In this document: positions 18,659 through 28,238 of the stretch, piece by piece | Numbering within the stretch: position 1 is the stretch's first letter | Layout of the letters: every line of letters starts with the position of its first letter | From: a virus | Lineage: Duplodnaviria; Heunggongvirae; Uroviricota; Caudoviricetes | Reading direction: 5' to 3' (one strand) | Virus record (IMG/VR): IMGVR_UViG_2744054854_000005 | Length of the DNA stretch: 36,635 nt | The notes under the pieces: model-generated | Database searches by the model: none | The model's input: only the letters and a program-made list of their open reading frames with translations | What the model was told of the DNA's origin: nothing | Program-made: the position numbers and the translations under genes

Positions 18659-19052
18659 AGCAGTTGCCTACGTCCGCGATAATCCGGACAAGCTGCACCT
18701 TTTCGTTGATAACGGCTCAATGGTGGCAACCGGTGCCAGCTCCATGTCATGGGAGTACCGCTACACCCTGAATGTGGTGATCGAAGATTTCAGCGGCGAC
18801 CAGAATCTGCTGATGGCTCCTGTGCTGCTGTGGCTAAGTGACAACCAGCCGGATGCTATCAATAACCCGGAGCTGCGCGAAAAACTGTTCACCTTTGAAG
18901 TGGATATTCTGCGCAACGATGTGTGCGATATCAGCCTGAACCTGCAGCTGACGGAGCGCGTGCTGGTCAGCACTGACGGCAGCGTGTCGAGCGTTGAAGC
19001 GGTGCCGGAGCCGGACGAACCCGAAGAAATGTGGACGGTGAAACGTGGATGA
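18621..19052 (+). CDS. R: tail completion protein R
   Basis: GTG start with AGGAG 7 nt upstream, preferred over the ORF-track ATG at 18549; P2 gpR-like. Confidence 0.7.
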   Translation: MNKPQSLRSALNKAVAYVRDNPDKLHLFVDNGSMVATGASSMSWEYRYTLNVVIEDFSGDQNLLMAPVLLWLSDNQPDAINNPELREKLFTFEVDILRNDVCDISLNLQLTERVLVSTDGSVSSVEAVPEPDEPEEMWTVKRG

Positions 19053-19491
19053 ACTGCAGAGGATGGATGACTGGCTGACGGCGTTACTGGCGAATCTGGA
19101 GCCTGCCGCGCGCAGCCGTATGATGCGGCAACTGGCGCAACAACTGCGCCGGACGCAGCAGCAGAACATCAGGCTGCAGCGTAATCCTGACGGCAGCGGC
19201 TATGAGCCGCGCCGGGTGACTGCCCGGAGCAAGAAGGGACGCATCAAACGCCAGATGTTTGCAAAGCTTCGCACCACAAAATACCTGAAAACCGCCGCCA
19301 GTGCGGACTCCGCCAGCGTGCAGTTTGATGGCAAGGTGCAGCGCATTGCCCGTGTTCACCATTACGGCCTGCGGGATCGCGTCAGCCGAAAAGGCCCGGA
19401 GGTCCGCTACGCAGAGCGCCGCCTGCTGGGCGTGAATGAAGAAGTGGAAACCGTCACCCGTGACACCCTGCTGCGCTGGCTGGCGGGGTGA
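19045..19491 (+). CDS. S: tail completion protein S
   Basis: 148 aa, P2 gpS-like. Confidence 0.85.
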   Translation: MDELQRMDDWLTALLANLEPAARSRMMRQLAQQLRRTQQQNIRLQRNPDGSGYEPRRVTARSKKGRIKRQMFAKLRTTKYLKTAASADSASVQFDGKVQRIARVHHYGLRDRVSRKGPEVRYAERRLLGVNEEVETVTRDTLLRWLAG

Positions 19492-19495
19492 TCTT

Positions 19496-19513
19496 TGTGC
19501 CACCGCTGGTACA
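19496..19513 (+). promoter_or_regulatory. late-promoter activator site TGT-N12-ACA upstream of V
   Basis: TGTGCCACCGCTGGTACA, about 55 bp upstream of the V start. Confidence 0.45.
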
Positions 19514-19559
19514 AGCGCTCGCACTGCCTCCCTTTTCCCTCTGATGGCAACCTTTCGTT

Positions 19560-20138
19560 ATGAACGCACAACTGACCGAAATTATGCGCCTTATCACCAA
19601 CCTGATCCGCACCGGCACCGTGACCGAAGTGGACCGGGAAAACTGGCTGTGCCGGGTGAGAGTGGGCGAGCTTGAAACCAACTGGATTAACTGGCTGACG
19701 CTGCGTGCCGGTGGTGCCCGTACATGGTGGTGTCCGTCGCCGGATGAGCAGGTGGTGCTGCTGAGTATGGGCGGCAATCTGGAAACCGCTTTTGCGTTGC
19801 CTGCCATCTATTCCAATCAGTTTGCGCCGCCGTCGGACTCCGTGGACGGTTGCGTGACGGAGTACCCGGACGGAGGCTGGTTTGAGTATGAACCCGCCAC
19901 CGGGCGGTGGCATGTCCGGGGTATCAAATCCATGGTGATCGAGGCGGCGGACAATATCACTCTCAAAACCGGTGAGTTTGTGGTGGAGGCTGACACCACG
20001 CGCATTAACAGCGAGATGGTGATCAATGGCGGCGTCACCCAGGGCGGCGGCGCGATGAGTTCCAACGGGATCGTGGTGGATAAACACGGTCACACCGGCG
20101 TTAAGTCCGGCGGCGATACGTCAGGAGGACCGGTATGA
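19560..20138 (+). CDS. V: baseplate spike protein V
   Basis: 192 aa, P2 gpV-like. Confidence 0.85.
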   Translation: MNAQLTEIMRLITNLIRTGTVTEVDRENWLCRVRVGELETNWINWLTLRAGGARTWWCPSPDEQVVLLSMGGNLETAFALPAIYSNQFAPPSDSVDGCVTEYPDGGWFEYEPATGRWHVRGIKSMVIEAADNITLKTGEFVVEADTTRINSEMVINGGVTQGGGAMSSNGIVVDKHGHTGVKSGGDTSGGPV

Positions 20139-20494
20139 CGCTGTATATCGGCATGAGCCAGGGCAACGGCAAGGCCATTACTGATACTGACCATCTGCGC
20201 CAGTCAGTGCGGGATATTCTGCTGACCCCACAGGGCAGCCGGATCGCCCGCCGGGAATATGGTTCCCTGCTATCCGCCCTGATTGACCAGCCGCAGAACC
20301 CGGCGCTACGCCTGCAGGTCATGTCTGCGGTCTATGTGGCGCTGAGTCGCTGGGAGCCACGGCTTACGCTGGATTCCATCACCATCAGCAGCAATTTTGA
20401 CGGCTCCATGGTGGTTGAGCTTACCGGGCAGCGCAATAACGGCGCGTCGGTTTCCCTTTCCGTATCAACAGGAGCAGACAATGGCAGTGATTGA
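20135..20494 (+). CDS. W: baseplate protein W (gp25-like)
   Basis: 119 aa, P2 gpW-like. Confidence 0.85.
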   Translation: MTLYIGMSQGNGKAITDTDHLRQSVRDILLTPQGSRIARREYGSLLSALIDQPQNPALRLQVMSAVYVALSRWEPRLTLDSITISSNFDGSMVVELTGQRNNGASVSLSVSTGADNGSD

Positions 20495-21389
20495 CCTTTC
20501 CCAGTTGCCCGCGCCGCAGATAGTGGACGTGCCGGATTTTGAGACGCTGCTGGCTGAGCGCAAGGCCGCATTTGTGGCCCTTTATCCGGCGGATGAGCAG
20601 GACGCGGTGCGGCGCACGCTGGCGCTGGAATCTGAACCCGTCACCAAGCTTCTGCAGGAAAGCACCTACCGTGAAATCCTTTTGCGCCAGCGTATTAACG
20701 AGGCCGCGCAGGCGGTCATGGTGGCGTATGCCATCGGCGGCGATCTCGATCAGCTGGCAGCCAACTACAACGTGAAACGCCTGACGGTAACGCCTGCCGA
20801 CAACGACGCGGTGCCGCCGGTCGCGGCAGTAATGGAAAGCGATGAGGCACTGCGCCTGCGTGTTCCGGCTGCGTTTGAAGGTTTGTCCGTTGCAGGACCG
20901 ACGGCGGCCTATGAGTTTCACGCCAAAAGCGCGGACGGGCGCGTGGCGGATGCCAGCGCAACCAGCCCGGCACCGGCGGAGGTGGTGCTTACCGTACTGA
21001 GCCGTGAGGGTGACGGTACGGCAGAGGCTGATCTGCTGGCGGTGGTGGAGCAGGCGCTTAACAGTGAGAACGTGCGCCCGGTGGCAGACCGCCTGACGGT
21101 GCGCAGCGCCGAAATAATCCCGTACAGCGTGGATGCGACGATCTTTCTTTATCCGGGGCCGGAAGCTGAGCCGGTGATGGCGGCGGCAAAAGCTAGCCTG
21201 CAGAAGTACATCGCCAGCCAGACGCGGCTGGGCCGTGATATCCGTCGCAGCGCCATTTATGCCGCGCTGCACGTTGAGGGTGTCCAGCGTGTGGAACTGG
21301 CCTCCCCGCTGGATGATATGGTGCTGGATAAGACGCAGGCGGCATCCTGTACGGAATGGAGCGTAACCAACGGGGGCACGGATGAATAG
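20481..21389 (+). CDS. J: baseplate protein J
   Basis: Internal ATG with AGGAG ribosome-binding site; P2 gpJ-like. Confidence 0.85.
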   Translation: MAVIDLSQLPAPQIVDVPDFETLLAERKAAFVALYPADEQDAVRRTLALESEPVTKLLQESTYREILLRQRINEAAQAVMVAYAIGGDLDQLAANYNVKRLTVTPADNDAVPPVAAVMESDEALRLRVPAAFEGLSVAGPTAAYEFHAKSADGRVADASATSPAPAEVVLTVLSREGDGTAEADLLAVVEQALNSENVRPVADRLTVRSAEIIPYSVDATIFLYPGPEAEPVMAAAKASLQKYIASQTRLGRDIRRSAIYAALHVEGVQRVELASPLDDMVLDKTQAASCTEWSVTNGGTDE

Positions 21390-21987
21390 CCTGCTGCCGC
21401 CCGGTTCATCGCCGCTTGAGCGCCGACTGGCGCAGACCTGCAGCGGCATTTCCGATCTGCAGGTGCCGCTGCGCGACTTGTGGAACCCGGCAACGTGTCC
21501 GGTCAGCTTTCTGCCGTATCTGGCGTGGGCGTTTTCCGTCGACCGCTGGGACGAAAGCTGGACGGAGAGCGTCAAGCGCCGGATGGTGCAGGACGCTTTC
21601 TATATCCATCAGCACAAGGGGACAACCAGCGCTGTGCGGCGCGTGGTGGAGCCGTTCGGCTTCCTGATCCGCATCATTGAGTGGTGGCAGACCGGCGAAA
21701 CGCCGGGGACGTTTCGCCTTGATATTGGCGTGCAGGAACAAGGCATCACGGAAGAAACCTATCTGGAACTTGAGCGGCTGATCGGTGATGCCAAACCGTG
21801 CAGCCGTCACCTGATCGGCATGTCCATCAACCTGCAGACCAGTGGGCCGTATTTTATGGGGGCTGCCACTTACACCGGCGAAGAAATCACGATCTACCCG
21901 TATATCAACGAAACCATTATTTCCGGCGGCACCGCTTATGAGGGCGGGGCAGTCCATGTTATTGACACAATGAGAGTAAATCCATGA
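21382..21987 (+). CDS. I: baseplate/tail protein I
   Basis: 201 aa, P2 gpI-like. Confidence 0.8.
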   Translation: MNSLLPPGSSPLERRLAQTCSGISDLQVPLRDLWNPATCPVSFLPYLAWAFSVDRWDESWTESVKRRMVQDAFYIHQHKGTTSAVRRVVEPFGFLIRIIEWWQTGETPGTFRLDIGVQEQGITEETYLELERLIGDAKPCSRHLIGMSINLQTSGPYFMGAATYTGEEITIYPYINETIISGGTAYEGGAVHVIDTMRVNP

Positions 21988-22975
21988 GCGCAAAATTTTA
22001 CACCCTGCTGACGGAAATCGGGGCGGCGAAACTGGCAAGCGCCGCCGCGCTCGGCATTCCGTTGAAAATTACCCAGATGGCGGTGGGCGACGGTGGTGGC
22101 GTATTACCAACGCCAAGCGCGCAACAGACCGCGTTAGTTGCTGAAAAACACCGCGCCGCGCTGAATATGCTGTATATCGATCCGCAGAACAGCAGCCAGA
22201 TTATTGCTGAGCAGGTGATCCCCGAAACGGAGGGAGGTTGGTGGATTCGTGAGGTAGGTCTGTTTGATGAGACTGGAGCACTGATTGCTGTGGGCAACTG
22301 CCCGGAGAGCTACAAACCGCAGCTGGCGGAGGGGAGCGGGCGCACGCAGACCGTGCGCATGGTGTTGATTACCAGCAGCACAGATAACATCACCCTGAAA
22401 ATTGATCCGGCAGTGGTGCTGGCGACCCGTAAATATGTTGATGACAAGGTGCTGGAACTAAAGGTGTATGTGGATGACCTGATGGCTAGACACCTTGCAG
22501 CTGCAGATCCTCATACGCAGTATGCACCAAAAGCCAGTCCGACATTCACTGGTACGCCAAAAGCACCAACGGCAGCGGCAGGCAATAATTCCACGCAACT
22601 TGCTAATACGGCTTTTGTGCAGGCGGCAATTGCTGCACTGGTGGCATCTTCCCCTGCAGCTCTGGATACACTGAATGAGCTGGCAGCAGCGCTGGGGAAC
22701 GATCCAAATTTTGCCGCCACCATGACAAATGCGCTTGCCGGAAAGATGGATAAGGCAGCCAATGGGACGGACATTGCCGACGTATCAGAATTTCTCAAAA
22801 ACCTTGGAATTAAATCGGCAGCACTGTGTGATGTGGGTGCGGGTACAAACCAAATCCCCGACATGGGTTCGTTTGGAATATTGAAAAACGCGATCGGATA
22901 TCAGTATCTACCAGGTGGACTGATTTTGCAGTGGGGTAAAGTTGGCCCAACCAACGCAGGGCAAACTACAAACGT
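21984..22975 (+). CDS. H: tail fiber protein H, N-terminal conserved part; 3' end lost in assembly gap
   Basis: N-terminus MSAKFYTLLTEIGAAKLA... typical of P2-family tail fibers; ORF runs into the N run. Confidence 0.8.
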
Positions 22976-23075
22976 NNNNNNNNNNNNNNNNNNNNNNNNN
23001 NNNNNNNNNNNNNNNNNNNNNNNNNNNNNNNNNNNNNNNNNNNNNNNNNNNNNNNNNNNNNNNNNNNNNNNNNNN
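22976..23075. other. assembly gap (100 N) in the variable tail-fiber region
   Basis: Run of n characters; 100 is a conventional placeholder length, so the missing sequence may be much longer. Confidence 0.95.
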
Positions 23076-23399
23076 TTGATTGAAATTACCCATGTGCTTC
23101 ACCTCCAATTTTGTGGTGCAGCTCCCTCCGGTAAAAAGCTGGGGTCAGTGAATGGGATGCCTGGTTGGGTTGATGTGCCGCCACTGACTGCAGTTGAGTT
23201 GCTGGCAGCGGTAGTAATTAAAAAACAATCGCTCATCAGTGAGGCGAACGTGGTAATCGCACCGCTAAAAGATGCGTCAGATGGTGGATATATCGATGCT
23301 GCAGACGCACCACGACTTGATGCATGGCAGCGATACCGTTATGCGTTAACGAAGGTGGACGCTGCTAACCCGGTGTGGCCGGATAAGCCAGCACAATAA
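23076..23399 (+). CDS. G: tail fiber assembly protein, C-terminal part; 5' end in gap
   Basis: C-terminus ...PRLDAWQRYRYALTKVDAANPVWPDKPAQ is the hallmark ending of Tfa/gpG-type chaperones; the ORF track fuses it to H only because the Ns are read as codons. Confidence 0.6.
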   Translation: MIEITHVLHLQFCGAAPSGKKLGSVNGMPGWVDVPPLTAVELLAAVVIKKQSLISEANVVIAPLKDASDGGYIDAADAPRLDAWQRYRYALTKVDAANPVWPDKPAQ

Positions 23400-23726
23400 T
23401 AACTATTTATATTTTATGGAAAATGGCAGGCTATCTTGGATACCCTGAAATATGAATCATAAATACTGACAAAATATGTTTATATGTTACCTGAAAAGTC
23501 GTTGCAATGCTCCACACAGCCAGTCGCGCAAGGAAGTGGCTGGATATAGCGGGTCAAGATCAGAGTTTGAATCGAGTCGTGATGGGGGGCGAGGTACACT
23601 AATGGCTTAGGGAAAGGGTAGCATTGACTTGGTTTTCATGTCAATGCTAAAATTATACTTTATTATTTATGAATGCTCTTGGTGTAATTATTAAGAGCAA
23701 ATCTAATGGCGGCAAGGATTTATTTG

Positions 23727-24833
23727 ATGAGTTTGCTAAGTAGGTTTTGGGGGGAATGGTTTAAAAGTTATGGTGATACTGATTTTATAACGGGCATTCG
23801 TGCTTTTGCTATTCTTTCAGTTATTCTTATTCATTCCGGTGGCGCTGGTCTTCGTTATTTTGGATGGTATGGTAATAATTTAGCAAACTTGGGTGCAATG
23901 GGGCCGTGTATTTTTTTTGTTATATCCGGTTATAGTGTTTCTGTGTCATATGAGAAATCATCTTGTTATTTGTCCTTTCTAAAAAATAGAATATTAAGAA
24001 TTGCCCCATTATATTATTTTTGGATTGTTGTCTTCATTTTGTTATTTCAGGGGGTTGGGTATTGGGGGGAGAGATATGGCGCATCCTTAAATTTTTATAA
24101 TTTATTAATGCACATCTCATTCTTAAGTTTTGCTGATTATAGAGTGGCGAATTCAATATTAGGCGTTGAATGGTCTTTATCCATTGAAGTTTTCTGGTAT
24201 ATTTTTTTACCGGCAATCATTCTCGTAATGAGAAGTAAAACGTCAGTATGCATAATGTTAATTACGTCCTGGTTATTATTTACGATATCCTTGATTATAT
24301 TGAAGTCTTACTCCTCCCCTAACAACGGTGATGTAATGATCGCATATTATTGGACTCCATTTCCGTATTTTTTCTCGTTTTGTGCTGGTGTGGCAGCATA
24401 TAGGGTGCGGTCTTGGTGGAGATTTTCAGGGTTAAGTGCAGATATTGCATTGTTATTGTCTATAACACTCATTCTTTTATATCCCATTATGGAAAGATAT
24501 AGTGTTAACAAAATAATCGATAAGCCCGTTCTATTCTCCATGCTCACTATGGTGAACATTTCCGTTGGGAATAAAGATGGTCATATATTACGATCTTTAT
24601 TATGTAATAAAGTATCTATATTTATTGGTTCGATAAGTTATAGTCTGTATTTATCTCATTATGTAGTTATTTTTTTGGTTGGGCCGTACCTAACTGAATT
24701 TAAAGAAAACTCTATATGGCATTTTATAATATTCCTACTAATATCTATAATTGGAAGTGTTTTTACTTATATCTTAATAGAAAGGGTGTTAACTGATAAA
24801 ATAAAGCATTTTATTGACTCGAGAATGAAATAG
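23727..24833 (+). CDS. acyltransferase family 3 integral membrane protein (OafA/Oac-like, possible O-antigen acetylase)
   Basis: Motif ITGIRAFAILSVILIHSGG near the N-terminus and about 10 hydrophobic helices; very AT-rich. ATG at 23727 has an AAGGA ribosome-binding site; the ORF-track ATG at 23706 does not. Confidence 0.75.
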   Translation: MSLLSRFWGEWFKSYGDTDFITGIRAFAILSVILIHSGGAGLRYFGWYGNNLANLGAMGPCIFFVISGYSVSVSYEKSSCYLSFLKNRILRIAPLYYFWIVVFILLFQGVGYWGERYGASLNFYNLLMHISFLSFADYRVANSILGVEWSLSIEVFWYIFLPAIILVMRSKTSVCIMLITSWLLFTISLIILKSYSSPNNGDVMIAYYWTPFPYFFSFCAGVAAYRVRSWWRFSGLSADIALLLSITLILLYPIMERYSVNKIIDKPVLFSMLTMVNISVGNKDGHILRSLLCNKVSIFIGSISYSLYLSHYVVIFLVGPYLTEFKENSIWHFIIFLLISIIGSVFTYILIERVLTDKIKHFIDSRMK

Positions 24834-24915
24834 GCAGCATTAATTAAATCACAATAATTGATCTGGAAGCTCTATAGTGCCGGGTGCAACATAATGCACT
24901 TTGTTGCTGCAAACA

Positions 24916-24950
24916 ATTAGCGCAAGATGACGATGTTGCCTTGCGCTAAT
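24916..24950 (+). terminator. hairpin with 11-bp perfect arms (ATTAGCGCAAG / CTTGCGCTAAT) and 13-nt loop downstream of the acyltransferase
   Basis: Seen in sequence; followed by AT-rich sequence rather than a clean T-run, so terminator function is uncertain. Confidence 0.35.
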
Positions 24951-25039
24951 ATATTAAATTCACACCAGCGTCAAACTTGCGCCCCTTCATCACCGCCTCA
25001 TCAGTGATTATCATCCTCGCTTCAAAATCAACCTTTGAA

Positions 25040-25065
25040 AATGGTCACCTATATAGGTGACCATT
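25040..25065 (-). terminator. 26-bp perfect palindrome AATGGTCACCTATATAGGTGACCATT, 5 bp after the stop of the minus-strand 140-aa gene, followed on that strand by TTTT
   Basis: Seen in sequence. Position and U-run fit an intrinsic terminator; perfect symmetry would also fit a dimeric protein-binding site. Confidence 0.45.
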
Positions 25066-25069
25066 CGGG

Positions 25070-25492
25070 TTAATGCAGCGTTGTAGTTGAGCTGGACTCT
25101 GCCATTGCCACTGTCAATTCATCGCCTTCGGCTGAGATCTTAATGGTATTACTTCCTTCTGATTTAGCGCCTTTTGGTAGACCTAGCTGATCATAGATAC
25201 ACAAGAATCTTGAATCATTTATAAAGGTGATTTCTGTTACAGTCCCACCTTCAACGACCTTAGAGTCTATTGATTTTATCAAATTGATATCCTGAACATT
25301 AATGTGCTTTATCGCATCCCAGTTAAGGCTGATGTCCACGTTATCCTTTTGCATCGTTATCACATGACCGGCCTTATGCTGGGTTGTGACTTTTCCATCA
25401 GGGCTCATCGTAATCTTTTGCCCCATGTGATAAATAATTTGAGTTCCGTCTTCGAGACACTCGATTTTTGGCTCTTTAGTAAAGTCGTTCAT
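25070..25492 (-). CDS. hypothetical protein, no recognisable domain
   Basis: 140 aa, AAGGA ribosome-binding site, AT-rich, divergent from the invertase gene. Confidence 0.55.
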   Translation of the reverse strand: MNDFTKEPKIECLEDGTQIIYHMGQKITMSPDGKVTTQHKAGHVITMQKDNVDISLNWDAIKHINVQDINLIKSIDSKVVEGGTVTEITFINDSRFLCIYDQLGLPKGAKSEGSNTIKISAEGDELTVAMAESSSTTTLH

Positions 25493-25697
25493 GAAAATCC
25501 TTCAATTATCTGTTGCTGGAAGGTGCTAATCTACACGAATCCTTGGTTATGTATGTAATGAGGCTCTAGAAATCCACTTGAATATAAATAAATTTTTATG
25601 GTGTTGGCTTGTAATGCTCGCGTAGCTCTTTGTCAAAAGTGAAACTCTGATAACCTGGTTCTACTGACGAACAGAAGGATGAGCAGGAGATCGCTTT

Positions 25698-26258
25698 ATG
25701 ATTATTGGGTATGCACGAGTATCAAGTAATCATCAGGACACCGAGCTTCAGATGCAGGCGCTCAGAGCTGCTGGCTGTAAGTTAATTTTTGAGGAAAAGG
25801 CTTCTGGCCGTAAGACGAATCGACCAATCTTGAAGAAAGTGGTTGAGATGCTTGAACCCGGTGACGAACTGGTCATCTGGAAGTTAGATCGTATCGGTCG
25901 CAATGTACTGCACGCATTATTGACCTTTCAGAGCCTCGCAGAACGCAATGTTAATATTCGTTCTATTACAGATGGCGTTGACCTGAGCACTGCCAGTGGG
26001 CGCTATAACTTCCGTAATATTCTCTCTGCGGCACAATATGAGTCTGATCTGAATAGTGAACGCACTCTGGCAGGGTTAGCGGTTGCCCGCGCTAAGGGGA
26101 GGATTGGCGGACGTAAGCCTAAGTATACTGATGAGCACTGGGATGCGTTTGAACGGGAAATTAAGTCCGGCTGCTCACATCGTGATATAGCTCTCAAATA
26201 TGGGGTCGGCCTGTCGACTCTCTACAAACGTTATCCGGCTCAGCAAGAGCATCACTAA
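25698..26258 (+). CDS. serine recombinase, DNA invertase (Hin/Gin/Cin/Pin family)
   Basis: 186 aa; N-terminal catalytic region MIIGYARVSSNHQ with the catalytic serine, and C-terminal HTH (GCSHRDIALKYGVGLSTLYKRY). AGGAGA ribosome-binding site. Confidence 0.85.
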   Translation: MIIGYARVSSNHQDTELQMQALRAAGCKLIFEEKASGRKTNRPILKKVVEMLEPGDELVIWKLDRIGRNVLHALLTFQSLAERNVNIRSITDGVDLSTASGRYNFRNILSAAQYESDLNSERTLAGLAVARAKGRIGGRKPKYTDEHWDAFEREIKSGCSHRDIALKYGVGLSTLYKRYPAQQEHH

Positions 26259-26343
26259 ACACTCTTTGCGTTCATTTTTGCACTGTGCAGAATGTGTCTT
26301 TTTGGCACCTTCTGGCAGTGCAAAATTTATCGCGTTTTGGTGC

Positions 26344-26383
26344 AAAAAAAATCGCCGCGCTACAATCTGCGGGGATTTTTTTT
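26344..26383. terminator. bidirectional intrinsic terminator (A8-TCGCCGC-loop-GCGGGGA-T8)
   Basis: GC stem flanked by an A-tract and a T-tract, between the invertase and the FI late promoter. Confidence 0.55.
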
Positions 26384-26394
26384 GCCCCTTCCAT

Positions 26395-26412
26395 TGTGCC
26401 ATTCTCCACACA
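26395..26412 (+). promoter_or_regulatory. late-promoter activator site TGT-N12-ACA upstream of FI
   Basis: TGTGCCATTCTCCACACA, about 84 bp upstream of the FI start. Confidence 0.5.
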
Positions 26413-26486
26413 TAGCCCGGTGCGTGCGCAGTGCGCATATCAACCAGAACATAGGCAGACACCCTGTAAACCGGAGAGACTGCCTT

Positions 26487-27659
26487 ATGGCTCAGGACTA
26501 CCACCACGGCGTGCGCGTTGTTGAAATCAACGAGGGCACCCGATCCATTACCACGGTGAGCACCGCCATTGTGGGCATGGTATGCACCGGCGATGATGCT
26601 GATGCGTCCATGTTTCCACTCAATAAGCCGGTTCTGCTGACCGATGTGTTGACCGCCAGCGGTAAAGCGGGCGAGTCCGGCACGCTGGCCCGTTCGCTGG
26701 ATGCGATTGCAGACCAGGCTAAACCCGTGACCGTCGTTGTACGTGTGGCGCAGGGCGAAACCGAAGCGGAAACCACCTCCAACATTATCGGCGGCGTGAC
26801 CGCTGACGGTAAAAAGACGGGCATGAAAGCGCTGCTTTCGGCGCAGTCGCAGCTCGGCGTCAAGCCGCGCATTCTCGGCGTGCCGGGACACGACACGCAG
26901 GCGGTTGCCACTGAGCTGCTGAGCGTGGCGCAGAGCCTGCGCGGGTTTGCTTATCTGTCCGCCTATGGCTGCAAAACGGTGGAAGAAGCGATTGCCTACC
27001 GTGACAATTTCAGCCAGCGCGAGGGGATGCTGATCTGGCCTGACTTCATCAACTTTGACACCGTGCTGAATGCAGATGCGACGGCTTACGCCTCCGCTCG
27101 TGCGCTCGGCCTGCGTGCCAAAATTGACGAGCAGACCGGCTGGCACAAAACCCTGTCCAACGTGGGCGTGAATGGTGTCACCGGCATTTCCGCTGATGTG
27201 TTCTGGGATCTGCAGGACCCGGCAACCGATGCGGGACTGTTGAACCAGAACGACGTCACCACGCTTATCCGCAAAGACGGCTTCCGCTTCTGGGGTTCCC
27301 GCTGCCTCAGTGACGATCCGCTGTTTGCCTTTGAGAACTACACCCGCACGGCGCAGGTGCTGGCTGACACCATCGCAGAAGCGCACATGTGGGCGGTGGA
27401 TGGCGTGCTTAACCCATCGCTGGCCCGTGACATTATCGAAGGTATCCGCGCCAAGCTGCGCAGCCTGAAAGCGCAGGGTTACATCATCGGCGCAGACTGC
27501 TGGCTGGATGAGTCGGTGAACGATAAAGACTCCCTGAAAGCCGGGAAGCTCACTATCGACTACGACTACACGCCGGTGCCGCCGCTTGAAAACCTGATGC
27601 TGCGCCAGCGCATCACCGATCAGTACCTGCTGGATTTCTCCAGCCAGGTCAGCGCGTAA
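26487..27659 (+). CDS. FI: tail sheath protein
   Basis: 390 aa from an internal ATG ([17 protein letters not shown]...), P2 gpFI-like. Confidence 0.9.
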   Translation: MAQDYHHGVRVVEINEGTRSITTVSTAIVGMVCTGDDADASMFPLNKPVLLTDVLTASGKAGESGTLARSLDAIADQAKPVTVVVRVAQGETEAETTSNIIGGVTADGKKTGMKALLSAQSQLGVKPRILGVPGHDTQAVATELLSVAQSLRGFAYLSAYGCKTVEEAIAYRDNFSQREGMLIWPDFINFDTVLNADATAYASARALGLRAKIDEQTGWHKTLSNVGVNGVTGISADVFWDLQDPATDAGLLNQNDVTTLIRKDGFRFWGSRCLSDDPLFAFENYTRTAQVLADTIAEAHMWAVDGVLNPSLARDIIEGIRAKLRSLKAQGYIIGADCWLDESVNDKDSLKAGKLTIDYDYTPVPPLENLMLRQRITDQYLLDFSSQVSA

Positions 27660-27668
27660 GGGGACACC

Positions 27669-28184
27669 ATGGCTTTACCACGTAAGTTAAAACACCTGAA
27701 CCTGTTCAACGACGGGAACAACTGGCAGGGGATCGTTGAGTCTCTGACCCTGCCGAAATTCACCCGCAAGTTTGAGAAGTATCGCGGCGGCGGTATGCCG
27801 GGCGCGGTGGACGTGGATATGGGGCTGGATGACGGCGCACTGGACACGGAATTTTCAATCGGTGGCACTGAACTGCTGTTATTCAAGCAGATGGGCAAGG
27901 CCACCGTTGACGGCATCCAGCTGCGTTTCACCGGCTCCATTCAGCGTGACGATACCGGGGAAGTGCAGGCCGTTGAGCTGGTTGTGCGCGGGCGCCATAA
28001 AGAAGTGGATTCCGGCGAGTGGAAAACCGGCGAGAGCAGCAGCACCAAAGTCAGCAGCACCAACAGCTACGCGAAGCTGACCATTAACGGTGAGGTGCTC
28101 TATGAGGTCGATCTGGTCAACATGGTTGAAATCGTTGACGGCGTGGACCTGATGGAAGAACACCGTAACGCCCTCGGCCTCTGA
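27669..28184 (+). CDS. FII: tail tube protein
   Basis: 171 aa, P2 gpFII-like. Confidence 0.9.
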   Translation: MALPRKLKHLNLFNDGNNWQGIVESLTLPKFTRKFEKYRGGGMPGAVDVDMGLDDGALDTEFSIGGTELLLFKQMGKATVDGIQLRFTGSIQRDDTGEVQAVELVVRGRHKEVDSGEWKTGESSSTKVSSTNSYAKLTINGEVLYEVDLVNMVEIVDGVDLMEEHRNALGL

Positions 28185-28238
28185 TTAACCTTAACGGCGC
28201 GGGAAGCCGCGCCAGTATTTCATTAACAGGAAACGAAC

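Noticed and set aside
20421-21575. 384-aa minus-strand ORF
   Set aside because: Antisense to baseplate genes J and I; same reasoning.
21984-23399. Single 471-aa tail fiber ORF spanning the N run
   Set aside because: The reading frame is continuous only because 100 placeholder Ns are read as codons; the sequence after the gap is the C-terminus of a Tfa-type chaperone, not of the fiber.
25641-25666. Candidate Hin/Gin crossover site just upstream of the invertase (GAAACTCTGATAACCTGGTTCTACTG)
   Set aside because: Only about half the positions match the TTATCnnAAACC-NN-GGTTTnnGATAA consensus and no partner site was found; a 10-bp inverted match to 23558..23570 is within chance expectation.
26175-27386. 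403-aa minus-strand ORF
   Set aside because: Antisense to the tail sheath gene FI and the late promoter region; Arg/Gly-rich low-complexity translation typical of spurious antisense frames.
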